Part shown: positions 8,630 to 19,343 of the stretch, one piece after another | Layout: every line of letters begins with the position of its first letter | Position numbering within the stretch: position 1 is the first letter of the stretch | Assembly (NCBI GenBank): GCA_046597055.1 | Contig: JBKJLC010000004.1 | Coordinates: 1-55,717 of the forward strand | DNA length: 55,717 bases | Direction: 5' to 3' | Source of the DNA: Kofleriaceae bacterium | Lineage (GTDB): Bacteria > Myxococcota_A > Polyangia > Haliangiales > Haliangiaceae | Position numbers and translations under genes: made by a program | Notes under the pieces: generated by a model | What the model was told of the DNA's origin: nothing | Databases searched by the model: none | What the model saw: the letters and a program-made list of their open reading frames with translations, nothing else

Positions 8630-11600
8630 CTACCGGATCTGGATCGCGAGCCCACGCAGCGGAGCACCCCCGATGCCCGTGCCCAGCTCGGTGGCGGCGC
8701 CGGTGGCGAGGTTGATCCGGTACAGCCGCGAGAACGTCTCGAGCAGGCCTGGCGTGGTGGTCGGGCGCTGCAGCGCTGCCAGCGCCACCCCGTTGTTGCC
8801 GCCCGCGATGTCGAACCCCGACGCGCCAGCCACGGCGGGATCCGCGAAGCTGGCGCTCGGCGACAGCGCGCCGACCGGGGTGAGCACGCCGTCGTTGGGC
8901 GGAGCCTGGAGCATCAGCGAGCCGGCGGTGACGTCGATGACGTACAGCGCCGTGCTCGCGACCACGCCGGCCGGGGCGACGAAGCTGTTGGTGTAGGCGG
9001 CGGCGGTCGCGTCGATCGCGGTCGGCAGCCCGATCGACCCATCGGTGAAGGTCGCGCCGGTCAGGGGATTCGCGATGCGGAGGTTCTGGCCGGTGTCGCT
9101 GACGACGCGCAGCGCGACCGGCCCGGTGGGATTGAAGTCGACCGCGAACGCGTTGCCCGCCAGCGCCGCGTACGGCGCGGTGGGGTCGGTGACGTCGGCG
9201 ATCAGGGTGGCCTGTTGCGTCGCGACCGCGGTGGCCAGATCCACCGTGTACAGCCGACCGGTGCCGGCGAGGTCTCGCGTGAGCAGCCACAGCTCGCCGG
9301 TCGAAGGCCGGACGTCGAGGCCGACGAGGATCTCGCCCGCGCCGACCGCGATGGTCCCGATCGAGGTGACCGCGCCCGGCGCGTTGCGCGCGAACGAGGC
9401 CAGCACGTTGCCATCGGTGACCGCGTACACGAGGCTGCCGGCCGCGGGGGCGGTCGCGGTGGCCGGCGCGGCCAGCCCCACGACGGTGCCGGCCAGGTTG
9501 ATCGCGCCAACCACGGTCGCGGCCCCGGTGGCGAGATCGATCGTCACCAGGTTCTTGCTGCCGGCGCCGTCGAGGATCGCCAGCGCGGTGGCCGGGCCCG
9601 CGATCTCGAAGCTGGTCGCGGTGGTCGCGTCGATCCCGAGCGCGCCGATCTCGCGGACGAAGCCGTTGTTGGGCGGCACCACGGTGACCAGGCGATGGCG
9701 GAGCCGGTCGACCGCGTACAGCGTGGTCGTGGTCGCCCCGGGGATGTTGTTGGCGTACGCGGCCGCGCCGAGCGCGTAGGCGCGGGTCGACCGGGCCAGC
9801 GGCTGGTCGGTGAGGGTCGCGGGGGTCGCCACGTTCGGGATGCGCAGGTTTTGCTCGGCGTCGCTGATCACGCGCAGCGCGACCGGGCCGGTCGGGTTGA
9901 AGTCGATGCCGAACTCGGCGCCGGTGAGGCCGGTGAAGGGGCTGGTGAGGTCGCCCGGGTCGGCGGTCAGGGTGCCGAGCCGGGTCGCGGCCGCGGTGCC
10001 CGGGTCGATGACGTAGACCCCGCCCTGGGCGCCCAGGCCGTGCAGCAGGCCGGTGCTGGGCCGGACGTCGATCCCCAGCAAGCTCTCGCCACCGACCAGG
10101 CCGGTGATCGGGCCGACCGCGGTAACCATCGAAGGATCCGCGAGCGAGAGCCGGACCAGCGCGTTGCCGGTGGTCAGACCGAACACGGTGGTGGTCGGCG
10201 TGGTGCGGGTCAAGCCGCGCAGACGCTGGCCGCCGCCGACCGTACCGAGCGAGGGCGAGGCCGCGCCGGTGGCGAGGTCGACCGTGTGCAGTGTCGACAT
10301 GGTGCCGGATCCGACCGCGATCAGCGCGCTGTTGTCACGGCCGTCGATGTCGAACGCGGTGACGTCGCCGAGATCGACGCCGAACCCGCCGATGTCGACC
10401 AGCGTGCCAGCGTTGGGCGGGCTCTGCAGCCGCAGGCGGTCCGCGGTCGCATCGATGATGTACAGCGCGGTGGTGCCGGCGCCGGCCACCGAGTCGGTGT
10501 ACGCGGCGCCGATCGCGGTGGTGCCCGCGCCGTTGAGCGCGCCGTCGGTGGTGGTCGCGCCGGTGGCGAGGTCGGTGACGCGCAGGTTCTGCCCGCTGCT
10601 GCTCACGACGCGCAGCGCGACCGGCCCGGTGGGGTTGAAGTCCATGCCGAACTCGGCGCCGACCAGCGCCGCCGACAGCACGACCGGCGTCGCCGCCGCC
10701 GCGGTCGCCGGATCCACGATGTACAGGCGACCGGTGCCGGCGTTGTTGGTGAGCGCGTAGAGCAGGCCGGTCGACGGCCGCACGTCGATGCCGACAACGA
10801 CATCGCCGGCGGTCAGGCCGGTCAGCGGCCGCGACGTGCACAGCTTGGCGGGCGCGGCCCGGTTGAACGAGATCAGCGCGCTGGTCTCGGTCAGGCCGTA
10901 CAGCTCGCCGGGCGGCTGGGCGACCGTGGTGGCCGCGGGCAGGGTCCGGACCGCGAAGCCGCCGAGCGCCTCCTCGGCCGGAATCCCGAGGGGCGCCACC
11001 TGCGTCGCCGCGCCGGTGGTCAGGTTGATCGCGTAGAGGCCGCGGGCTCCGCCGACGGTGAGCGCGGCCAGCGCGGTCTGGGCGCCGCTGGCATCGTAGG
11101 CCACGTCGAACCCGGAGATCGCGGTGGCATCGAGCCCGAGCGGCCCCACCACCACGGTGGTGCCGTCGTTGGGTGGGCTCTGGACCAGGAGGCGGTCGGT
11201 CGCGGCGTCGAGCGCGTACAGGGTGGTCCGACACGCCACCGCGAACGAGTTGCTGTACGCGGCGGCGGCGTAGGCCGCGGTGGCGCCGTTGATCGCGCCG
11301 TCGGTGGTGGTGGCCCCGGTGGTGACGTTGATCCGCAGGTTCTGGCCGGTGTCGCTCACCACGCGCAGGCGGTCGACCACCGGGTTGAAGTCGACCCCGA
11401 GCGCAGTGCCAGCGAGCGCGGTGAACGGGCTGGTGGTGTCGGCCGGGTCGGCGACCAGCGTGCTCGCGAGGGTCGCAGCGCCGGTGGCGGGGTCGACCGT
11501 GTACAGACGCCCGGCGCCGGTGAGCGCATACAGCAGGCCGTTGGCCGGGCGCACGTCGACCCCGAGGACGACCTCGCCGCTGGCCAGGCCGGTGAGTGCG

Positions 11601-12109
11601 GCCGCGCTGGTGAGCGTGCTCGGCGTCGCGCGATCGAAGGTGACCACGCGGCCGGCCGAGGTCAGCGCGAAGCTATCGCCGACCCGGTCGTCGTCGGTGA
11701 TGGTCAGCATCACCACGCTGCTGCCGAGCTCGACCCCGGCGGAAGGCGCGCTCAGCTCGACCACGACCGACTCGGGGCCCTCGATCTGGAGATCATCGAT
11801 CAGGCGCACGGTGAACGTCTTGTCGGCGCCGTCGGCCGGCCCCCAGGTTAGGGTCCCGGACGCCGCGCCGTAATCCGCGCCCATCGTCGCGCTGCCGTCG
11901 CGAGCGGCGTAGGTGACGGTCACCTCGCCATCGAGGCTGCCGGTCCGGCGCGCGGTGAGCGTGAGGTCACCTCCCTCGGTGGCCAGCGCGGCCGGACCCA
12001 CGAGATCGATCGTGGTCGTCGGTTCGCTGGTCGGCGCGAGGTTGTCGCCGCACCCGAACAGCGACGCCGCCCCCAACCCGAGGACAAGACTCCAGCCTGG
12101 TTTGCTCAT
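8630..12109 (-). CDS. Large lipoprotein: Calx-beta domain plus four DUF4394-type repeats
   Basis: Leader MSKPGWSLVLGLGAASLFGC. Calx-beta motif (GSATMGADY...TLTW...LTITDDD). Four copies of G(I/V)DVRP..G.L...DFNP....LRVVS..GQNLR. Confidence 0.85.
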   Translation of the reverse strand: MSKPGWSLVLGLGAASLFGCGDNLAPTSEPTTTIDLVGPAALATEGGDLTLTARRTGSLDGEVTVTYAARDGSATMGADYGAASGTLTWGPADGADKTFTVRLIDDLQIEGPESVVVELSAPSAGVELGSSVVMLTITDDDRVGDSFALTSAGRVVTFDRATPSTLTSAAALTGLASGEVVLGVDVRPANGLLYALTGAGRLYTVDPATGAATLASTLVADPADTTSPFTALAGTALGVDFNPVVDRLRVVSDTGQNLRINVTTGATTTDGAINGATAAYAAAAYSNSFAVACRTTLYALDAATDRLLVQSPPNDGTTVVVGPLGLDATAISGFDVAYDASGAQTALAALTVGGARGLYAINLTTGAATQVAPLGIPAEEALGGFAVRTLPAATTVAQPPGELYGLTETSALISFNRAAPAKLCTSRPLTGLTAGDVVVGIDVRPSTGLLYALTNNAGTGRLYIVDPATAAAATPVVLSAALVGAEFGMDFNPTGPVALRVVSSSGQNLRVTDLATGATTTDGALNGAGTTAIGAAYTDSVAGAGTTALYIIDATADRLRLQSPPNAGTLVDIGGFGVDLGDVTAFDIDGRDNSALIAVGSGTMSTLHTVDLATGAASPSLGTVGGGQRLRGLTRTTPTTTVFGLTTGNALVRLSLADPSMVTAVGPITGLVGGESLLGIDVRPSTGLLHGLGAQGGVYVIDPGTAAATRLGTLTADPGDLTSPFTGLTGAEFGIDFNPTGPVALRVISDAEQNLRIPNVATPATLTDQPLARSTRAYALGAAAYANNIPGATTTTLYAVDRLRHRLVTVVPPNNGFVREIGALGIDATTATSFEIAGPATALAILDGAGSKNLVTIDLATGAATVVGAINLAGTVVGLAAPATATAPAAGSLVYAVTDGNVLASFARNAPGAVTSIGTIAVGAGEILVGLDVRPSTGELWLLTRDLAGTGRLYTVDLATAVATQQATLIADVTDPTAPYAALAGNAFAVDFNPTGPVALRVVSDTGQNLRIANPLTGATFTDGSIGLPTAIDATAAAYTNSFVAPAGVVASTALYVIDVTAGSLMLQAPPNDGVLTPVGALSPSASFADPAVAGASGFDIAGGNNGVALAALQRPTTTPGLLETFSRLYRINLATGAATELGTGIGGAPLRGLAIQIR

Positions 12110-12182
12110 CGCGGGGGTTACGATCCGCGCGCGCGTCCGGATCGGCCGGACGTACGCCCAGCCCGCGACTACCCGTCGGCGG

Positions 12183-12446
12183 TCAATCGCACTCCCGGAC
12201 CTCGTTGCAGCTGGTCGCGCGCGCCACGCAATCGGCGTGGTTGCTGACCAGCTTCTTGGTCTCGGCGTCGGCCTCGAGCGCGGCGCACGCGGCGATGCAC
12301 TCGCCCTCGTCGAAGTTGGTGTCCTCCTCCGAGATCTTGGTCCCGACGCACTCGGCCTCGCGCGCGCAGGTGTCGCGGCAGATCTTGCTCTTGGGCGCGG
12401 TGCAGGCCGCGGCCAGGACGAGGCAGGTGACAGCGAGGCGACGCAT
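12183..12446 (-). CDS. Small Cys-rich lipoprotein
   Basis: LAAAC lipobox followed by 8 Cys, including CxxxC patterns. Confidence 0.75.
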   Translation of the reverse strand: MRRLAVTCLVLAAACTAPKSKICRDTCAREAECVGTKISEEDTNFDEGECIAACAALEADAETKKLVSNHADCVARATSCNEVRECD

Positions 12447-12530
12447 GACGCGAGGCCTACCTTACCACCGGTCGTGGAGCTGCTCCCGACCGACCCTGCA
12501 ACCGGTGCCCCGCCCACGTGTCTCGGACCC

Positions 12531-12779
12531 ATGAAGCGCACGCTGCTCGGTGTCGTCCTCGCTGCCCTGCTCGCGACCCCCGCCGTCGCCCAGTCCAGGG
12601 GCGCCGCCCCCGCCCGGAAGGTCAAGACGGTCGACATCGAGGCCATCGACGTCACCGGCGACCGCGTCACCGGTCAACTGGGCCCGATCAGCATCAAGGA
12701 GGCCGCCACCTCGTCGAGCCTGATCCGGATCCGCCGCGACTTCATCGATCTGATCCTCAAGTCCGCCGAAGAGATCTGA
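12531..12779 (+). CDS. Secreted CglF/GltF-like (adventurous gliding motility family) small protein
   Basis: Signal peptide and C-terminal SSLIRIRRDFIDLILKSAEEI, resembling the CglF/GltF SLIRxRxxFxxExxxSxxEL motif. Confidence 0.7.
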   Translation: MKRTLLGVVLAALLATPAVAQSRGAAPARKVKTVDIEAIDVTGDRVTGQLGPISIKEAATSSSLIRIRRDFIDLILKSAEEI

Positions 12780-12831
12780 CCCGCCTCTCCCTCTACCTCT
12801 CCCTCTACCTCTCCCTCTCCCGCCCCCCGCC

Positions 12832-13263
12832 TCACGATTCCCGCCGCTCCCTCGCCCGCCGCTGGTCCTCCTGCCACCGGGAGCGATGCCGATCCACCAC
12901 CTCCCGCTCCGCCCGCGTCGTCACCACCTGCCCCCGCGCCGCGCTGACCATCTCCCGCCACCCCGCCAGCTCCCCTTCCCGCGCCGTCACCCCCACCCGC
13001 GCCCGCTCGACATCGCGTCGCAGCCGGATCCCGTACGCCTCGCGCCGCGCGATCGCCCACACCGGCGTCGGCCCCGCCTCGCACAGCACCACCCCGCGCG
13101 CCGCCGCCACCGCGCCCGTATGCCGCGCCACGGCCCGGGCCAGCGCCGCCTCGGCCTCGTCGTGCCCGCGCAGCGCCGCCGCCAGATCGATGGCCGCGCC
13201 CGCCGCGCGTTGCGCCCGCAGCGCAGCCAGGCGCACCAGCGGATAGGTCGCGGGCCGGCTCAC
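12832..13263 (-). CDS. Coiled-coil protein, FliJ/YscO(SctO)-like
   Basis: About 143 aa, helical. N-terminal YPLxxLxxLR and C-terminal AEREVVDRHRSRWQEDQRRARERRE as in FliJ/YscO-type stalk proteins. Confidence 0.5.
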   Translation of the reverse strand: MSRPATYPLVRLAALRAQRAAGAAIDLAAALRGHDEAEAALARAVARHTGAVAAARGVVLCEAGPTPVWAIARREAYGIRLRRDVERARVGVTAREGELAGWREMVSAARGQVVTTRAEREVVDRHRSRWQEDQRRARERRES

Positions 13264-13361
13264 CGGCCGAATGGTAGCCCACCGCATCCGACTCACCGAG
13301 TCGGTCACCCTGCCACCCTCCGGCAAAGATGGTTGATCCCGCCGTGCTAGATTGGCCGGCC

Positions 13362-15179
13362 ATGGATCTCGGGCCGGGGCCCGCCGAGGGCGCGCCGATC
13401 GAGCGCTACGTCGTGCTCGAGTACCTGTCGGAAGGCGGGATGGGGGCGATCTATCTCGGCAAGAAGCTGGGGGCCGGCGGCTTCGAGAAGGAGGTCGTGC
13501 TCAAGCAGCTGCTGCCGGAGTTCACGCAGCAGCCCGAGTTCATCGACCTGTTCCTGCGCGAGGCGCGGCTGTCGGCGACGCTCGATCACGCCAACATCAT
13601 CCACACCATCGATCTGGTCACCGCGGGCAGCGAGTACTTCATCGTCATGGAGTACCTGTCCGGCGCCGATCTCCGGACGCTGGCCAAGCGGGCCAAGCGG
13701 CGCCGCAAGGTGTTCTCGGCGGCGGCCGGCATCTGCATCGCGCGCGAGGTGCTGTCGGCGCTCGCCTACGCCCACGGCAAGCTCGGCACCGACGGGCGGC
13801 CGCTGCGGCTGATCCACCGCGACGTGTCGCCGTCGAACATCCTGGTGTCCCGCAACGGCGAGGTGAAGCTCACCGACTTCGGGATCGCGAAGGCCGCGAC
13901 CCACACGTCGGTGTTCTACAAGGTGAAGGGCAAGATCGGCTACATGTCGCCCGAGCAGGCGAAGAGCGAGCCGATGGATCATCGCTCGGACCTGTACTCG
14001 CTCGCGGTCTGCCTCTACGAAATCATCACCGGTGAGCGCCTGTTCGTGGCCGCCGGCCTGACCACCACGCCCGAGCAGATCTACGGTCAGCCGATCCCGC
14101 TGCCGTCGCGCAAGATGCCCGGGCTGCCGGCCGAGCTCGACAAGGTCATGCTGCGGGCGCTCGCGATCGACCCGGCGGCCCGGTACCAGACCGCAGGCGA
14201 GCTGCAAGAGGCGCTCCTGCGCTGCGCCCACCGTAGCGGGCTGATGATGTCGGCGCCGGAGCTCGCCGCGCACCTGCGCCTGGTGTGCGGCCCGGCCGAG
14301 GACTGGCGCGACCTCGACGAGGGCGTCCCCGGCGGCCACACCGCCGCGCTCGGTGGTGGCGGCACCGAGGTCTACGGCGAGGCCGACGAGCACGACGACG
14401 ACGACTACGGCGACAACGACGACAACGACGACTACGGCGACAACGGCGACAACGGCAGCGCACGCGGCGACGGCACCCACCAGCTGGCTCCCGACGATCT
14501 CGAGCACGACGACGAGCTCGACGACCTGGTCGGGGCGCTGGCAGCGGCGCCATCGCCCCCGGCCCGGCGCAGCGTCGAGCGAGTCAGCTCGTTGATCGAC
14601 CTCGGCCGTCTGCAGAACCTCGAGCTGACCTCCCTCATCAACCTCGCCGAGGTCGAGCATGGCGGCGCCCAGCCGCTGGACGACTGGGAAGATCTCTCGG
14701 CCCGGTTCGACCGCGAGCCGGGGGACGAGGCGACGCTGCCCCCCATGCTCCCGGCCGACGAGCCGGTGGCCGCGCCGACGCGCCCGGTCGCCGCCGCCCG
14801 CGACATGGCGACCGGTCAGATGGCGCCGGCGCCGGCGCCGACGGTGCGGCGGTGGCTGGTGCCGCTCATCGTCGCGGTGGCGCTGGTGATCGCGGCGATG
14901 GCAGCCGCCGTGCTGATCGGCCTGTCGGGACCCGATGTCAGTCCCGGGATGCCCACCGGGACCGACGCTGTCCCCGCGCCGACCGCGCCCGAGGTGCGGC
15001 CATCGACCGGCACCGGCACCGGCACCGGCAAGCCGACCGGTACCAGCAAGCCGGCCGGCACCGGCAAGCCGACCGCCCGGCCGACCGGCGCGGGCAAGCC
15101 GACCGGCTCCGGCAAGGCGAGCGGCAGCGGCACAGGTGCGAGAAGCCGCACGAGCGCTGATCCCGACGCGCGAAGATAG
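13362..15179 (+). CDS. Membrane Ser/Thr protein kinase (Hanks type)
   Basis: EGGMGAIY, VVLK, IHRDVSPSN, DFG, YMSPEQ. Acidic linker, one TM helix, GKPT-repeat tail. Confidence 0.95.
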   Translation: MDLGPGPAEGAPIERYVVLEYLSEGGMGAIYLGKKLGAGGFEKEVVLKQLLPEFTQQPEFIDLFLREARLSATLDHANIIHTIDLVTAGSEYFIVMEYLSGADLRTLAKRAKRRRKVFSAAAGICIAREVLSALAYAHGKLGTDGRPLRLIHRDVSPSNILVSRNGEVKLTDFGIAKAATHTSVFYKVKGKIGYMSPEQAKSEPMDHRSDLYSLAVCLYEIITGERLFVAAGLTTTPEQIYGQPIPLPSRKMPGLPAELDKVMLRALAIDPAARYQTAGELQEALLRCAHRSGLMMSAPELAAHLRLVCGPAEDWRDLDEGVPGGHTAALGGGGTEVYGEADEHDDDDYGDNDDNDDYGDNGDNGSARGDGTHQLAPDDLEHDDELDDLVGALAAAPSPPARRSVERVSSLIDLGRLQNLELTSLINLAEVEHGGAQPLDDWEDLSARFDREPGDEATLPPMLPADEPVAAPTRPVAAARDMATGQMAPAPAPTVRRWLVPLIVAVALVIAAMAAAVLIGLSGPDVSPGMPTGTDAVPAPTAPEVRPSTGTGTGTGKPTGTSKPAGTGKPTARPTGAGKPTGSGKASGSGTGARSRTSADPDARR

Positions 15180-15233
15180 GCCGGTCGATGGACATCCAGC
15201 CAACGCCCGGCTTACGATGAGGCAGCTCCTGGC

Positions 15234-16618
<1,385 letters not shown>

Positions 16619-16638
16619 TCCGGTCCGCTGCGCGCGGG

Positions 16639-18567
16639 CTACAGCTCGATCTGCAGGCCCAGCTCGACCACGCGGTTGGGCGGCAGGTTGAAGAACGCGG
16701 TCGGCGCCTTGGCGTTGTGCGACAGGAAGCCGAACAGCAGCTTGCGCCAGCGCGCCAGCCGCACGCGGCCGGTGGTCAGCAGGGTCTGCCGACCCAGGTA
16801 GTAGGTCGTGGTCATCGGCGCCAGCACCATGCCGGGCGGTGCGTGGCGGGTCAGCAGGTCGGGCACGTCGGTGCTCTGGGCAAAGCCGACCCGCGCGATG
16901 ATCCGCCACAGGCCGTCGCCGAGGTCGCGGACCTCGACCGCCTGGTCGTCGGCGACCCAGGGCACCGGCTCGGTGCGGATCGAGAACAAGATCACCTGCC
17001 GGTGCAGCACCCGGTTGTGCTTGACGTGGTGGAGCACGACGTTGGGGATGCCGTCGCTGGTCGACGACATGAACACCGCGGTGCCGTCGACCCGTGGCAG
17101 CGGATTGGCGGCGAGGTCCATCAGGAACAGCTCGGTCGGCACCGAGCCCGCCTCCATGATCCGCGACAGCTCGAGCCGACCGCGCCACCAGGTGGTCATG
17201 ATCACCAGCACGCCGGCGCCGACCGCGACCGGGAACCAGCCGCCGTGGAGGAACTTGGTCGCGCACGCGGTCAGGAACGCGAGATCGATCGCGAGGAAGA
17301 ACACCAGGTGCGGCACCGCGTGGAGCTGCTTCCAGTGCCAGCGCCGGACCGCGACCAGATAGAACAGGATCGACGTGATCGCCATCGTGCCGGCGACCGC
17401 GATGCCGTAGGCCGCGGCCAGCGCGGTGCTGGTGCGGAACTCGAGCACCAGCACGACGCACGCGACCATGAGCAGCCAGTTCATCTCGGGGATGTAGATC
17501 TGGCCCTCGGCGTGGGTCGACGTGTGGACCACCGTCATGCGCGGCCAGAAGCCGAGCTGCATCGCCTGCCGGGTCAGCGAGAACACGCCGGAGATCAGCG
17601 CCTGCGACGCGATCACGGCGGCCATCGTCGCCAGCACCAGCATCGGGATCAGGGTCGGCCCCGGCGCCAGCGCGTAGAACGGGTTGGTGACGGTGCCGGC
17701 CGGCTCGGTCAAGAGGATCGCGCCCTGGCCGAAGTAGTTGAGCAGGAGGCCGGGCAGCGCGATCGTGAACCACGCCACCCGGATCGGCCGGCGCCCGAAG
17801 TGGCCCATGTCGGCGTACAGCGCCTCGCCGCCGGTGACCGCCAGGATCACCGAGCCGAGCAGGAGGAACCCGTGGACGCCGTGGTCGGCGAAGAACCGGA
17901 TCGCGTGGCGCGGATCGACCGCGGCCAGCACCTCGGGCGCGTGGGTGATGCCGCGAGCGCCCGCGATGCCGATCACGATGAACCACGCCAGCATCACCCA
18001 GCCGAACACGCCGCCGATGCGCCCGGTGCCGAACCGCTGGACCATGAACAGCGCGATCAAGATCGCGACCGAGATCGGCACGATCAGCTTGCTCAGCGCC
18101 GGGTTCTGCTCGGACAGGCCCTCCATCGCGCCGATCACCGACACCGCCGGCGTGATCACGCCATCACCGAACAGGAGCCCGGCGCCGATCAGCGCCAGGA
18201 CCATCGGGATCGCCAGGCGGGTCCGGTTATTGCCGTCGCCGTCGAGCAGCGAGACCAGGGCGAGGATGCCGCCCTCGCCCCGGTTGTCGGCGCGCAGCAC
18301 GAACACCAGGTACTTGAGGGTCACCACCAGCATCAGCGCCCAGAAGACGAGCGACAGGACGCCGAGGACGGCGCCCGGGGTCGGGGCGACCGCGTGCGGC
18401 GAGGCCGCGCCCAGGCATTCCTTGAGCGCGTAGAGCGGTGAGGTCCCGATGTCGCCGTAGACGACGCCGAGGGCACCGAGGGAGACCGTGGCCAGGGCCC
18501 GGGGTGAGGACGGCACCGGGTGCGACGCGACGGTCGAGGGGGCAGCAGGCAGCGATGATGTGCTCAT
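16639..18567 (-). CDS. kup: KUP/HAK/KT potassium transporter
   Basis: LGVVYGDIGTSPLYA, ADNRGEGG, GGEALYADMGHFG, PPNRVVELGLQIEL. Confidence 0.97.
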   Translation of the reverse strand: MSTSSLPAAPSTVASHPVPSSPRALATVSLGALGVVYGDIGTSPLYALKECLGAASPHAVAPTPGAVLGVLSLVFWALMLVVTLKYLVFVLRADNRGEGGILALVSLLDGDGNNRTRLAIPMVLALIGAGLLFGDGVITPAVSVIGAMEGLSEQNPALSKLIVPISVAILIALFMVQRFGTGRIGGVFGWVMLAWFIVIGIAGARGITHAPEVLAAVDPRHAIRFFADHGVHGFLLLGSVILAVTGGEALYADMGHFGRRPIRVAWFTIALPGLLLNYFGQGAILLTEPAGTVTNPFYALAPGPTLIPMLVLATMAAVIASQALISGVFSLTRQAMQLGFWPRMTVVHTSTHAEGQIYIPEMNWLLMVACVVLVLEFRTSTALAAAYGIAVAGTMAITSILFYLVAVRRWHWKQLHAVPHLVFFLAIDLAFLTACATKFLHGGWFPVAVGAGVLVIMTTWWRGRLELSRIMEAGSVPTELFLMDLAANPLPRVDGTAVFMSSTSDGIPNVVLHHVKHNRVLHRQVILFSIRTEPVPWVADDQAVEVRDLGDGLWRIIARVGFAQSTDVPDLLTRHAPPGMVLAPMTTTYYLGRQTLLTTGRVRLARWRKLLFGFLSHNAKAPTAFFNLPPNRVVELGLQIEL

Positions 18568-18592
18568 GGCGTCGCCCACGGCGACAGGAGCT

Positions 18593-18625
18593 AGCTACCA
18601 ACCGCGGAATCAAGATTCCATCAAG
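18593..18625 (-). promoter_or_regulatory. Putative KdpE-type direct-repeat operator and -10 element upstream of kup
   Basis: Minus strand CTTGATggaatCTTGAT-N11-TAGCT. The same architecture recurs upstream of kdpD. Confidence 0.7.
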
Positions 18626-18641
18626 GTGCGCTGAGCTGGCC

Positions 18642-19343
18642 TCAGGTTCCTGGATCCGGGTCGCGCAGCCGGTACCCCACGCCGGGCTCGGTGAGGAGCC
18701 AGTGCGGCCGGGCCGGATCGCGCTCGAGCTTGCGGCGGAGCGCGGCCATGTGTACGCGGAGGTACTGCACGTGCTCGACCGCACCCGGGCCCCACACCTC
18801 GCGCAGCAGCTGGCGGTGGGTGAGCACCTTGCCGGCATGGCGCATGAGCAGCGCCAGCAGGGCGAACTCGATCGGGGTCAGGTGCACCGCGGCGCCGTCG
18901 ACGGTGACCTGGTGGCGGCCGTGATCCAGGCAGATCGGGCCGGCCGTGACGATCGGATCGCCGGCGGCGCCACCCTCGGCACGGGCGTGCCGCAGCGCGA
19001 CCCGGATCCGGGCGAGCAGCTCGCCGACGCCGAACGGCTTGGTGACGTAGTCGTCGGCGCCGGCGTCGAGCGCCTCGATCTTGTCGGCCTCGCGGTCGCG
19101 CGCCGAGATGACGACCACCGGGGTCCGGCTCCAGGTCCGCAGCTCGCGCACCAGCGCCACGCCGTCCCCGTCGGGCAGCGTGAGGTCGAGCACCACCAGC
19201 ACCGGCGCGGCGGTGGTCACGGCGCGGCGGCCCTCGGCGATCGTGCTCGCCTCGACCACGCGGAAGCCGTGGGCGGTCAGGGTGGTGCGCAGGAACCGGC
19301 GCATCGACGGGTCGTCCTCGACGACCACGATCGCATCGGTCAC
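18642..19343 (-). CDS. kdpE: KdpE-like OmpR-family response regulator
   Basis: VVEDD, LDLTLPDGDG, KIEALDAGADDYVTKPFG, YLRVHMAALRRKLERDPARP, TEPGVGYR. GTG overlaps the kinase stop. Confidence 0.93.
   Translation of the reverse strand: MTDAIVVVEDDPSMRRFLRTTLTAHGFRVVEASTIAEGRRAVTTAAPVLVVLDLTLPDGDGVALVRELRTWSRTPVVVISARDREADKIEALDAGADDYVTKPFGVGELLARIRVALRHARAEGGAAGDPIVTAGPICLDHGRHQVTVDGAAVHLTPIEFALLALLMRHAGKVLTHRQLLREVWGPGAVEHVQYLRVHMAALRRKLERDPARPHWLLTEPGVGYRLRDPDPGT

Noticed and set aside
12134..12152. CGTCCGG-N5-CCGGACG as a regulon site
   Set aside because: The spacer is 5 nt rather than 3, it is a single copy, and there is no sigma54 box.
14390..14460. GACAAC/GACGAC repeats as a non-coding element
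   Set aside because: They are an in-frame acidic low-complexity linker of the kinase.
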